Below, one piece after another: positions 9,227-18,290 of a stretch of DNA of 64,000 bases; position 1 is the stretch's first letter; each line of letters begins with the position of its first letter. The stretch comes from a virus (lineage: Duplodnaviria > Heunggongvirae > Uroviricota > Caudoviricetes). Where the stretch lies: positions 16,765 through 80,764 of the IMG/VR virus record IMGVR_UViG_3300028591_000093; one strand, 5' to 3'. The notes below the pieces were generated by a model. That model had not been told where the DNA came from. It ran no database searches and saw only the letters and a list, made by a program, of their open reading frames with translations. Both the position numbers and the translations under genes were made by a program.

Positions 9227-9298
9227 TGCAGATAACCAGAATCGAACTGACATTTCCAGGCTGGCAGTCTGGAGCACTAACCGTTGTGCTATATCTGC
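9227..9298 (-). tRNA. tRNA-Gly(GCC)
   Basis: Perfect acceptor GCAGATA/TATCTGC, D-arm GCAC-AACGGTTA-GTGC, anticodon loop CTGCCAG, T-loop TTCGATT. Confidence 0.65.
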
Positions 9299-9302
9299 AT
9301 TG

Positions 9303-9374
9303 TGGAATCATAGGGAATCGAACCCTAATGAATAGCTTGCAAAGCTACCATAATAACCATTATATGATGACCCC
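9303..9374 (-). tRNA. tRNA-Ala(TGC)
   Basis: Acceptor GGGGTCA/TGATTCC with GU pairs, anticodon arm GTAGC-TTTGCAA-GCTAT, T-arm TAGGG-TTCGATT-CCCTA. Confidence 0.75.
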
Positions 9375-9378
9375 AAAG

Positions 9379-9451
9379 TATCCCCATCCTGATTTGAACA
9401 GGACCCTGCACCTTGAAAGAGTGCTGACCTAACCAGCTAGTCTATGAGGAC
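9379..9451 (-). tRNA. tRNA-Glu(TTC)
   Basis: Acceptor GTCCTCA/TGGGGAT, D-arm GACT-AGCTGGTTA-GGTC, anticodon arm GCACT-CTTTCAA-GGTGC, T-loop TTCAAAT. Confidence 0.8.
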
Positions 9452-9456
9452 ATAAG

Positions 9457-9528
9457 TTGCAGGGGCAAGAATCGAACTTGCGACCGTCAGCTTATGAAAC
9501 TGCTTAGCTACCACTGCTACACCCTGCA
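9457..9528 (-). tRNA. tRNA-Met(CAT); could be initiator, elongator or Ile2-type
   Basis: Acceptor TGCAGGG/CCCTGCA, D-arm TAGC-AGTGGTA-GCTA, anticodon loop TTCATAA, T-arm GCAAG-TTCGATT-CTTGC. Confidence 0.7.
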
Positions 9529-9690
9529 TAAAAATTTGCTGCAAAATTACAACAAATTATTCACACAAAAAACCCAAAATATTATTTTATAAAATAAAGC
9601 TCCTATTCACAAATGAGAAGCTTAAATTAAGTTTTGATTTCCTGACTTTTTTAGAAGGTAAATTTGTAGTACCTTTGCAAGCAAATTGAA

Positions 9691-10569
9691 ATGAACATGG
9701 ACAACATCCAAGAACTAATGAAAGACCTGAAAACTCTTCCCATGTTCAAGACTGGTGGAGGGATACACATCAAGCCAGAAAATAAAGGGAAGTTTACAGA
9801 GACTATGAAAAGAACTGGCAAGACTGCTGAGGAACTTTCACATAGTAAAAATGAGTTGACTAGAAAGAGGGCACAATTTGCTCTTAATGCTAGAAAGTGG
9901 AAACATCAAGAAGGTGGTATACTTGGTAAAGTATATTATAAAAGTAGTGAGGTAAAGAAAGAAGAACCTTATAAATATTACAGACAGCCATTACCTGGAG
10001 AGGAGAATTATGAAGAACTTATAGAAGAAGCTCCTGAAGAGGTAGTAGCTGAAGTTGAGGAGAGACCTGTTACTAACCCCACTCCAACCTCACCTAAAAA
10101 AGAAACAAGCCTTTACTATAAAGCACCAAAGCCAACTAGTAAAGAGCAATGGGTAAAGGACATGTATACTGCTTATATAGCAGCAGGAGTAAGCCCATCA
10201 CTAGCTACAGTACTTATAGCACAAGATGCTACAGAGACAGCTTATGGAAGAAAAACAGTTGGTAATTACAATTATGGTAATATACATGCTGGTAAGAATT
10301 GGTCAGGAGCTGTAGCAGTAGCAAATGATAAAGATGCTAATGGCAATCCTTATAGTGCTAGATTTAGAAGTTATGCTAATCTTAACTCATACATTGCTGA
10401 CAAAGTAAGTCTACTTAACAGATTATATGACATTACTAACAGTGATACACCTGAAACAGTTAAAGCTAAACTTGAAGGAAATAACAGAAATGGATATAGA
10501 TATGCTGAGGCTGGACAAGCAAGTCTCTTAACAACAGCAGCAACTATTTCTAGAATGTTACAAGCATAA
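9691..10569 (+). CDS. peptidoglycan hydrolase with C-terminal glucosaminidase (mannosyl-glycoprotein endo-beta-N-acetylglucosaminidase) domain
   Basis: SLATVLIAQDATETAYGRK...GNYNYGNIHAGKNW...YSARFRSYANLNSYIADKVSLL fits the glucosaminidase family (GxxQAxLESxxG...NNxFGIK...FRxY). TAA stop. Confidence 0.6.
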   Translation: MNMDNIQELMKDLKTLPMFKTGGGIHIKPENKGKFTETMKRTGKTAEELSHSKNELTRKRAQFALNARKWKHQEGGILGKVYYKSSEVKKEEPYKYYRQPLPGEENYEELIEEAPEEVVAEVEERPVTNPTPTSPKKETSLYYKAPKPTSKEQWVKDMYTAYIAAGVSPSLATVLIAQDATETAYGRKTVGNYNYGNIHAGKNWSGAVAVANDKDANGNPYSARFRSYANLNSYIADKVSLLNRLYDITNSDTPETVKAKLEGNNRNGYRYAEAGQASLLTTAATISRMLQA

Positions 10570-10609
10570 AAAATACCCCAATAGGAACTCTCCTACTGGG
10601 GTATTTTCG
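10568..10609. terminator. bidirectional rho-independent terminator between convergent genes
   Basis: TACCCCAATAGGAACTCTCCTACTGGGGTA hairpin, flanked by a T-run on the plus strand and by an A-run (a T-run on the minus strand). Confidence 0.6.
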
Positions 10610-11806
10610 TTATACAGTATAAGTAATACTTACAATTTGGTCATCTGCTGTAAGTATTCTAGTTTCCAAAGAAGGTTTGAAGTTCTTATAATCTTCATGA
10701 AAATCCTCTTCTTTTACACTAAAGACCTTACTCTTAGTTTCAATATGGAACTTACTATAGTCAGCTTCATAAGGAAGAAAGATTATAGAAATAGCAACAG
10801 GTTCACCGTTTCTAAATACAACTCTTTCACAATCAACTGAACATAAGTTAATTCCTAACTTGTTTGGGAAGGTTTCTAACTTAATAGGAAATTCTTGATT
10901 AACAGTATCTTCTCTAATTGGAAGTTCAATGGATACTGTATCCTTACATTCTACACAAGGAGCTTCTTCCTTGTTTAAGTCTTCCATATCCTTAACAGGG
11001 ATAAGAGTGTATCCCTCTAATTCATTTCTGGTATCGCACAAGTAGTTACCTTCTACAATCTCTTTACCATCTACTTTGAAAGATGCTTCTACCTTTTCTT
11101 GAGAAGCTTGCATTTCAACATGTAAAGTCTTTACTTGTGGTTCTTTACCTTCTTTTACTACAACAACTTCATCAAATCCAACAGAAGTAATAACATTTCT
11201 CTTTGGCAAAACAAAGAAATCAATGCCAAAGAAATCAAGTACTTCTTGGAATTCTTCCATGTTCATGTTGTGCTTAATTTGAATACACTTAACATCTTCA
11301 TCTTTATTTACTACTGGAGCAGGTTCTGCTGGCAGTGTTTCTACACAAGGAGTAGTAGGCATGAACATTGCTTCTACCTCATCTGGAGTAAGATAATAGA
11401 TTTTATTATCTTTTAATACCAGAACATTACCTTCTACAAAACCAATTCCCTTGAAAGTCATATACAGACAGAAATTAGGTCTGAAGTAGTGATGTAAAAT
11501 CTGGATACTAAATTCTCCAGTAAATGCAGACTTACCATTGTGCAGTAAAATGTTTGCCTTACCTTCAACATCGAAAGGAATTATCTCATGTAGTTTCTTG
11601 CAGTAATCTTCAGCCTCTTCTGCACTAGTAAATACATTCTTAATAACAAGATGAGGACACCAATCAGGAATATACTTAATTGCATCATCACCATTTTCCA
11701 AATGAAAAGCGTCTGCTTCTCTCTTTGCTTCTTGCTCTCTTTCCTTTGAACTATTTTCAAGAGCTTGTGCAAAGGTTCTTAAAACTTCTTCAAAATTCAT
11801 ATTCAT
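10610..11806 (-). CDS. hypothetical protein (398 aa, acidic, Cys-containing)
   Basis: ORF track, TAA stop. No motif recognised. Confidence 0.45.
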   Translation of the reverse strand: MNMNFEEVLRTFAQALENSSKEREQEAKREADAFHLENGDDAIKYIPDWCPHLVIKNVFTSAEEAEDYCKKLHEIIPFDVEGKANILLHNGKSAFTGEFSIQILHHYFRPNFCLYMTFKGIGFVEGNVLVLKDNKIYYLTPDEVEAMFMPTTPCVETLPAEPAPVVNKDEDVKCIQIKHNMNMEEFQEVLDFFGIDFFVLPKRNVITSVGFDEVVVVKEGKEPQVKTLHVEMQASQEKVEASFKVDGKEIVEGNYLCDTRNELEGYTLIPVKDMEDLNKEEAPCVECKDTVSIELPIREDTVNQEFPIKLETFPNKLGINLCSVDCERVVFRNGEPVAISIIFLPYEADYSKFHIETKSKVFSVKEEDFHEDYKNFKPSLETRILTADDQIVSITYTV

Positions 11807-11830
11807 TTACATTTAATTGTTATTGAGTAA

Positions 11831-12226
11831 TTATATAGGAGTATAATATGGATACTTCTTTGGCTGTAAGATTTGTCCTGTTGCACTAACAGCACTATTT
11901 CCTATTTGCTCAGCAGTTTGAAGTGCATTGACACCAACATTACCTGCTGTTTGGATGCCATTTGCTGCAACAGACCCAGCTGCTTGCATTCCTGTATTAG
12001 CCAATTGTCCACCTGCTCTAATACCAGCATTTGCCACCTGAGCAGTTGTTTGGAGACCTGTACCTAATACATTAGCACCTACATCCAATGTAGTACCTAA
12101 AATAGAGCCAATTGCTTGACCACCTATCTTAAGGCCTTCTTTAATACCATTTCCAACCTTTTGCATGAAGTCCACAAAACCTCCTGCATCCAACTTCTTA
12201 GGTTGATAATATGTTAAATTACTCAT
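11831..12226 (-). CDS. Gly/Ala/Gln-rich low-complexity protein
   Basis: 131 aa with repeated G-x-Q-x-A-x-G units. TAA stop. Confidence 0.4.
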   Translation of the reverse strand: MSNLTYYQPKKLDAGGFVDFMQKVGNGIKEGLKIGGQAIGSILGTTLDVGANVLGTGLQTTAQVANAGIRAGGQLANTGMQAAGSVAANGIQTAGNVGVNALQTAEQIGNSAVSATGQILQPKKYPYYTPI

Positions 12227-12229
12227 ATC

Positions 12230-12787
12230 TTATAATGTGTTATCTTTAATAATGTTTTTAATAAGTTCTGCATGTAATTCTGCAACTCTTTGTCTACCTT
12301 CTTCAGACATTATGAACTTGCAGTCTTTTTCTGTATCCATAAAGAAATTCTCAGTTAAGATAGCAGGACATTTAGTATACTTAATTATTTGATAGTTAGC
12401 TTCTTTATGTCCCCTACACTTCCATTCTGGAAATCTTTTCTTGAACATATCTACCATTCTATTAGCAATGGTATCTGATTTTGTTTTACCAGTAGAAGTA
12501 AAGACTTCCCAGCCAGTACCTTTACCAGCATTAGCATGTACTGAAATAAGGAAGCAATCTTTTTCAACATTTGTTCTCCTACATCTCGCGTTTAAGGATA
12601 TATCAGAATCTTCTGGAACTAATATAGAATAAGGGATTTTATCCTTATCTAAAAGTCTAGCAATTCTCTTCACAATATCCCTAGTGAACTCCCATTCAAA
12701 TAACTAGGAGCCATCTTTCCAAACAGGACTTCTCTTTCCAGGAGTTTCCTTACCGTGTCCTGCATCAAGTAATACTTTCTTAATCAT
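12230..12787 (-). CDS. N-acetylmuramoyl-L-alanine amidase (Amidase_3 family) with in-frame TAG at 12704-12706
   Basis: MIKKVLLDAGHG...KDGS[TAG]LFEWEFTRDIVKRIARLL...FLISVHANAG. The His, Glu and SVHANA motifs of one Amidase_3 domain lie on both sides of the TAG. The ORF track only reports 12230-12673, starting at GTG. Confidence 0.65.
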
Positions 12788-12944
12788 TGTGGTCAATTGT
12801 AGATAAATAATTTAAAGAATCCTCAAAATTTAAGAACCATTGAGAGTCTGTTAACTCTTGTTTCTCAACAAGGATTACAAATACATCACACAGTAGAATC
12901 ACTGCTTTAGATAATTGTTTTAAAATCCATTCTTTCATAGTCAT
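12780..12944 (-). CDS. small hypothetical protein (54 aa)
   Basis: ATGA overlap with the upstream stop at 12941-12944. Its TAA overlaps the amidase ATG. Confidence 0.35.
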   Translation of the reverse strand: MTMKEWILKQLSKAVILLCDVFVILVEKQELTDSQWFLNFEDSLNYLSTIDHND

Positions 12945-13228
12945 TCTTCCTTACTTGGAACATATAAAGTACAAACACATTTGTCATGCAATCTATATTG
13001 CTCACATGGACAGTGCTTGTCTCCAGTATCTTCATGATGACAAGGACACTTACCATTACATCTATTGATGCCTCTGATGATTCCTTGCACTATCTTTTCA
13101 TTAGGGTTTAAAATAAAACCTTTCTTACATCCTTTCTTAACTGTTTCTAAATCAATAGAATGCTCTTGCATAACCTTTTCTTTTATCATGTTCTGCACCC
13201 TTATTTGCTCTTTCAAAAGTCTCTTCAA
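12941..13228 (-). CDS. Cys-rich protein with CPC...CPC...CxC arrangement resembling the ferredoxin-thioredoxin reductase catalytic subunit
   Basis: CNGKCPCHHEDTGDKHCPCEQYRLHDKCVCTLY. The true start may be an internal ATG (13189 or 13171), because the first 77 nt overlap the upstream gene. Confidence 0.4.
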   Translation of the reverse strand: MKRLLKEQIRVQNMIKEKVMQEHSIDLETVKKGCKKGFILNPNEKIVQGIIRGINRCNGKCPCHHEDTGDKHCPCEQYRLHDKCVCTLYVPSKEE

Positions 13229-13856
13229 AAAGTACTGTCAAATCATCAAGAGTAGTATCTGGGTTATTCCAAGCTGCTTTGAAATCAACAACAGGAAATA
13301 ATCTACCTTCTCTTTCCCTATCTCCATACATTTTGTCTGTATAAGCAGCAATTTCTTCATAAGACTTCTTTAGTCCTACATTATTAGGATATTTCTCATG
13401 TTCTGCTTTTGCTCTTTCTAAGAGTGCTTTTTGTTTGTTATAGCCATCCATATAAATGTCCTGACCATTGTTAATTACCCATAAGAAGTAATCTACTTCT
13501 GGGTATTTACCTGGCTTATTGTTTTTAAGCCATTCTTTATAGTGTCTAGTTCTATCTCCAAGCATTTGGAAAAGACCAGTAGCACTAGATGTAGTACTAG
13601 AAGCATTTGTGTCAAAGCTAGATTCTTGCATGATATTACCCATCATAGCAGCAGCATTTCTTCTGCTTACTCCTTTTTCCAATAAGTAATTCCACAAGTC
13701 TGCCATTAAATCATATTTAGCAGGAGAGAAGTATTGTTCATTACCAATTCCTTTTAAATAAGATTCAATATCTACCTTAGCTTTAAATGGGGTATTGTCT
13801 TTATTGACATTACCACCAACTTCTAATTTCCTAATTGGTGTATAAAATGTACTCAT
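13152..13856 (-). CDS. putative peptidoglycan hydrolase (phage tail-lysozyme-like GNxMQESSF motif)
   Basis: 234 aa. AAAMMGNIMQESSFDTNASS resembles the phage lysozyme and amidase-associated motif. Lies in the lysis gene block. Confidence 0.4.
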   Translation of the reverse strand: MSTFYTPIRKLEVGGNVNKDNTPFKAKVDIESYLKGIGNEQYFSPAKYDLMADLWNYLLEKGVSRRNAAAMMGNIMQESSFDTNASSTTSSATGLFQMLGDRTRHYKEWLKNNKPGKYPEVDYFLWVINNGQDIYMDGYNKQKALLERAKAEHEKYPNNVGLKKSYEEIAAYTDKMYGDREREGRLFPVVDFKAAWNNPDTTLDDLTVLFEETFERANKGAEHDKRKGYARAFY

Positions 13857-13872
13857 ATATTGTATAATTTAG

Positions 13873-13959
13873 TCGCCCCTGAGGGACTCGAACCCTCACT
13901 TCTTCCAACAGAAGGACATGGTTTTAGAGACCAGCACACTACCATTATGTTAAGGGGCA
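13873..13959 (-). tRNA. suppressor tRNA, anticodon CTA (reads UAG), type II with long variable arm, discriminator A
   Basis: Acceptor TGCCCCT/AGGGGCG, D-arm ACAT-AATGGTA-GTGT, anticodon arm CTGGT-CTCTAAA-ACCAT, variable arm CTTCT-GTTGGA-AGAAG, T-arm GAGGG-TTCGAGT-CCCTC. Confidence 0.7.
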
Positions 13960-13986
13960 GAAAAATCCTCCAATAAGGAGGATGGA

Positions 13987-14157
13987 TTATTCACAAACTT
14001 TATCTGCAATTGCATATCCTGCTAAAGCACCTAAGCCAGCCGCTACAACTGTAAATAACCCTACATACCAGGTAATTGCAAATCCCACAAGTGCGAGGAT
14101 AACAGCTCCTGCACCACCAACCAGCTTTTGCCAGTTTTTCTTAAACCATTCTTTCAT
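13987..14157 (-). CDS. small two-TM membrane protein (holin-like position next to lysis genes)
   Basis: MKEWFKKNWQKLVGGAGAVILALVGFAITWYVGLFTVVAAGLGALAGYAIADKVCE. Replaces the spurious plus-strand ORF 13982-14167. Confidence 0.45.
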   Translation of the reverse strand: MKEWFKKNWQKLVGGAGAVILALVGFAITWYVGLFTVVAAGLGALAGYAIADKVCE

Positions 14158-14291
14158 AACTTCTTAACTTTAATTTATCATTCTTAATTTCTGTAAGAGC
14201 TTGCGCTATCTTGAAGTAAGCATCATCTCTTACCTTATCTCCTAGTAAGTGTTGATAACAGTATAGTATACAACTTTCTAGGAATTCTATT

Positions 14292-14447
14292 TCATTTAAC
14301 TGATTCATATTTATCTATCATTGTTGCCATTCCACTTAATCCTATAAAGAACCAAGTTGGAACCATTACTAAGCAAATAATTGCAATAATAAAAAATACT
14401 AAACCTGCATACCAGGCATAAGCTAAATCCTTAAAATACTTTCTCAT
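14292..14447 (-). CDS. small membrane protein (51 aa)
   Basis: MRKYFKDLAYAWYAGLVFFIIAIICLVMVPTWFFIGL. ATGA overlap with the stop of gene 14444-14674. Confidence 0.4.
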   Translation of the reverse strand: MRKYFKDLAYAWYAGLVFFIIAIICLVMVPTWFFIGLSGMATMIDKYESVK

Positions 14448-14674
14448 TTCTTTCTACTTGCTACATTTAAAATATAATCTATTGCTTCAGCTGCATAAGC
14501 AAACTTAACTCTTAATACAATATGAGTAAGAGAACTTACTATAATTGTACCATTAACATGGTTAAATACTACTTTAGGCCATCCTTTCTGAGAATATACC
14601 TGGCTGAACTCTTTATCTTCTCTAATATACCCAAACATTATGAGTAATTCCTTAAGATTATTTACATCATTCAT
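14444..14674 (-). CDS. hypothetical protein (76 aa)
   Basis: ORF track, TGA stop. Confidence 0.4.
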   Translation of the reverse strand: MNDVNNLKELLIMFGYIREDKEFSQVYSQKGWPKVVFNHVNGTIIVSSLTHIVLRVKFAYAAEAIDYILNVASRKK

Positions 14675-14793
14675 AACACATTAGTTTAATAATTATGATG
14701 CAAAATTACTATAAAATTAAGCAATAAAAAACCCAAACTATTAAAAATAAATTTAGCCCCCTCATTGTGTAATGAGAGAGCTAAATTTTTTGG

Positions 14794-15621
14794 TTATGCT
14801 CCACCTGAATGAGAACATCCTTCTGGAACAGATGAAGATAGTTGATTTATAGTATGGAATCCTGTACTATCATAAGTAAATACATGCCACCAAAGTTCAC
14901 CGTTTTCTACAGTTGGTGGGTATATTGTTTGAGATGTACCATCATCAAAAGTTACCTCAACTCTAGCCCCCATACTTGAAATTGTGCCACTTCCTGTATA
15001 GAAATGTACATAAAATTTAGTAGTATATTTATTATTATTCCAGGTACCAGACCTTAAATATAAAGAAGATGTTTCTACTGCATAATCTACATCAGCATGT
15101 TTATAGTGAGTTCCAGCTCCTGGTAAATCATCAGTATCCAATGAAATATATGCATTGTCTCCTACTGGCAATTCAGTATTAACATGTCCGTCTGCATAGT
15201 TAGCATATGCCGTTTTTGTATGAGGATTATCATCTTCATTCCACACAATCAAATGACTATCAAGGTCTTGACTTGTAGGAGGTTTGCCATCACACCATTT
15301 TAGAATAGCACTCATGAATGCTCCAATAAGATAAATAATCACATCACCATCTATACTTGGTACTGTAAATGTAGTATTTTTATATTGATTTTGTTCATCA
15401 ACAAATGTAACAGTTCTACCAATCCAGATGCTGTCAAATATAATTTTAGAAAAGTCAGAACTGTATGAAATTCCATCTGTTGTAATTCCTTGTGAATTAG
15501 ATAGAACTGTTGCACCACCATATGTTATAGAAGTATAATGATTATCGTGAGCATTACCAGTATTCTGTTCTATAAATTGTATTTTACAACCTTTAGGATA
15601 TAAATATTTCTTACAAATCAT
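14794..15621 (-). CDS. tail fibre or receptor-binding-like protein (Ser/Thr/Gly/Tyr-rich, beta-rich)
   Basis: 275-aa ORF. Composition only. ATGA overlap with the upstream gene. Confidence 0.4.
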   Translation of the reverse strand: MICKKYLYPKGCKIQFIEQNTGNAHDNHYTSITYGGATVLSNSQGITTDGISYSSDFSKIIFDSIWIGRTVTFVDEQNQYKNTTFTVPSIDGDVIIYLIGAFMSAILKWCDGKPPTSQDLDSHLIVWNEDDNPHTKTAYANYADGHVNTELPVGDNAYISLDTDDLPGAGTHYKHADVDYAVETSSLYLRSGTWNNNKYTTKFYVHFYTGSGTISSMGARVEVTFDDGTSQTIYPPTVENGELWWHVFTYDSTGFHTINQLSSSVPEGCSHSGGA

Positions 15622-16511
15622 TTTAATATTGGGTTAAAAAACAAACTCCTGGAGTTACCAGTTCTTAATGTGAAATCATTTAACTAAGGTACTACAAGTT
15701 GCCAAGTATTTGAAGAAATTTTGGTAGCTGTCACAACTGTGGTTTTAGTTTCTGATATTGATATTGGGTCAGTAAGTAATTCAAAACCATCAAGAATATC
15801 AGTATCTGAGGTTGTTATAGTAATAGTATCTCCATAACCAAATCCTGTATAACTAGCATAACCTGTCTGGGAATCATAAAGGGGTTGAGAAGATTCTCCT
15901 CCTGAAGAAAAACTTGTAGACCAAGTTTGACTCCAAGCTTGCCCATCTAATCCTATAGCTGAAAATGTAAAAGAATAAGATGTCTTATCTGTCTATAAAC
16001 TACCTTTTAGCCTAGACCTGTTATATCTAAATATACCATCTCTAGTTAACTTGAAAGTATTAACAACATCAGAAGAACCAATAGTACCAGAACTGTTTGT
16101 TTGAGATGAATATGTGTAACCAGATTTAGCGACATAAGAAAAAGTAAAGTAATCTCCTGTGTGTACAATAGTAGAGTTATTAGTAGCTACATCTCTACCA
16201 TTAACTCTAATTGTATAACTGGTTAAAGCTTTTAAACAACCAGCAGCAGAGAGATTATACCTATATAATTGATTAAATGTTGCATAATAATCTTGGTCTT
16301 GTGTTACTATTGCAATAGCTGGATTCCAACCATTGAAGGTATAATCATATATGGAATCACTAGCTTTCGTTGGTGTAGCACCTTTATAAGAAGGTGTTTG
16401 ACCACTTACATAAGTTTCTGTATCTAAAAGTGAGTCACCACCTGACAAGGATTGTAACCATCTAATTGTATATTCTGCAAAATTATATAAATATTTCTTT
16501 GAATATAACAT
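15618..16511 (-). CDS. tail fibre-like protein with two in-frame TAG codons (15993-15995 and 15684-15686)
   Basis: Frame is continuous for 297 codons from the ATG at 16511 to the TGA at 15618-15620. The ORF track truncates at the first TAG (15993-16511). Ser/Thr-rich composition is maintained across both TAGs. Confidence 0.55.
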
Positions 16512-16837
16512 TACTTTGTGGGTTTAATAGTTATTTCTGGAAGTACATTACCAGGAATACCAATATGTTTAAGTTTACTTAATTTATTGAGTCTATCTTT
16601 ATGATAATTATAAGCTTCTGGATTCTTTTTCTTATAAAAAGAATATGCTGTTTCATTACCTAAATCAATGTTTACAAGGTCTGGTGTAATTACAGTAGAT
16701 TCTGAACCAAGAGAACTTGTAAATGTATAATTCTTATCTTTACCTGTATTTGTAAGAGATGTGATTTGATAGCTCATTTTATTAGGATTATTTGATAACC
16801 ATTGATATATAATAGAGTTTACATCATATGGTGCCAA
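16511..16837 (-). CDS. hypothetical structural protein (108 aa)
   Basis: ORF track. TAATG overlap with the downstream gene. Confidence 0.4.
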   Translation of the reverse strand: MAPYDVNSIIYQWLSNNPNKMSYQITSLTNTGKDKNYTFTSSLGSESTVITPDLVNIDLGNETAYSFYKKKNPEAYNYHKDRLNKLSKLKHIGIPGNVLPEITIKPTK

Positions 16838-16875
16838 ACCTCCTTGCTATAATTTATAAGGTTTATAATATGTCA

Positions 16876-17214
16876 TTATTTAAAAAGTTTAATTATTTTA
16901 CTCCACAAAGAAAGTTTATCTTCAGCATTTTTCCATGCTTGTCTAGCTTGATTTAACCACATTTCTTTAGAATCAAAATCCTAGTCTTCTTTAAATCCTC
17001 CCCATTCATATGGGTCAGCCATGTAAACTTTTGGTTCTGTTTTAGAACCTATTGCTGGCCAAGTTACTTTATGTGTTGTTCCTCTAACACTTTTAGGTGT
17101 AATTAAAACAGTAGTATCACTAGGTGTAGCAGATAATAATTGTATGTCTGCCTTGATTGTATCAGTGGTATTACTATTTGACTTAGTGTACCAAGTTTGT
17201 TTTGTTTTACTCAT
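16876..17214 (-). CDS. hypothetical protein with in-frame TAG at 16981-16983
   Basis: The ORF-track ORF 16981-17214 ends in TAG. The frame continues 34 codons to TAA at 16876-16878. Confidence 0.4.
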
Positions 17215-17533
17215 ATCTGTACATGTATAAATAGTTATCTTCTATTTCTCCTTCTTCAAAGCCTAATCTCTTATAATAGGCAATTAACTTACTTAAATCT
17301 TCCTTAACTCTCAAGTAAGGAATCTTACCAGGGTATATACTAATTGCTTTTTCCAGTAAAAGCCTGCTATAACCCCTCCCCCTCTCTCCTGGAAAAATCC
17401 AAAGGTCAGAAAGACATACATATTTAGGGTCATCACTAAACACACTAGCTCTTATCATACTCAACATACTTTCTGTAAAGATATAAGTAGTGTGCATATC
17501 TCCCCAATCTTGAGTGTGTGTTATAAATTCCAT
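17207..17533 (-). CDS. GNAT-family N-acetyltransferase-like protein
   Basis: GERGRGYSRLLLEKAI resembles GNAT motif A (R/QxxGxG/A). Confidence 0.4.
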   Translation of the reverse strand: MEFITHTQDWGDMHTTYIFTESMLSMIRASVFSDDPKYVCLSDLWIFPGERGRGYSRLLLEKAISIYPGKIPYLRVKEDLSKLIAYYKRLGFEEGEIEDNYLYMYRYE

Positions 17534-17886
17534 ATAATATAAAATTTGGGTACAAAAGTACTATAAAAAGAGTAAAAGAAAAAGTCAAAATAATAAATAA
17601 TAAAATAAGCTTCTCATTGATAAATAAGACTGTTAATCTCATCTTTTAGTAAAAGAAGTATAAGTAGCCCTCACACATGTGTGTGCACATGTATATATAA
17701 TAAGGTGTAAAATAATGAGCAAAAAGAGGTGTTTTTGTGCAAGATTGTGAGCAAAAATATACAAGATTTAAAATTGTATATATGAATTAGATGTGCAAAG
17801 TGTATGGTAATCGGCCCCCTCCCCTCAACGGAGGAAAACCCAAAACTGAATCCTCTTTTAATTTTACAATCCAAAATAAAACCATT

Positions 17887-18177
17887 ATGAGACTCATTGG
17901 CATTCACAGTGGAGACTGCATTATTTGCACTGACTCTACTAGACTTATCTTTGTGGTTAATCCCACAAAGCGTTTTGACTACAACTCTAACCTTGCTACC
18001 TTAAAGGTTATGGCCATAGATATGGCATTGAAGGGAGAGTTAAATCCTGCACGCTCTTTGAAGAAGTTGCACACTATTGTGCACTTACAAGAGGAGCAGT
18101 ATGCTTTGGTGCTTAGAGCAGCAGAGACACACAATGCAGAGATATTTGAGAGTGTGGCAGAGATGATTCTGCCATAA
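17887..18177 (+). CDS. hypothetical protein
   Basis: Internal ATG of ORF 17791-18177. Lies in a GC-richer segment. Confidence 0.3.
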   Translation: MRLIGIHSGDCIICTDSTRLIFVVNPTKRFDYNSNLATLKVMAIDMALKGELNPARSLKKLHTIVHLQEEQYALVLRAAETHNAEIFESVAEMILP

Positions 18178-18290
18178 TCTCTGAGCCTATGCTTCCTTGA
18201 TTGGGGGCATAGGCACTTATTTATTTAGTTAACTGAACAGTGTCCGCATTGGGCTGTTCTAATTATTTACCTTTTTAAACTAGTTTTAAT

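Noticed and set aside
13982-14167. Plus-strand 61-aa ORF
   Set aside because: Pro/Ala-rich and implausible. The opposite strand encodes a convincing 56-aa two-TM protein in phase with the lysis block.
14160-14291. Very short TAG-riddled peptide ORFs after ATGA overlaps
   Set aside because: Products of about 20 aa with three TAGs each. Too short and too degenerate to assert.
15831-15851. Apparent +1 frameshift in the tail-fibre-like gene
   Set aside because: Result of a coordinate slip during manual translation. On recount the frame is continuous from 16511 to 15618 with two TAGs only.
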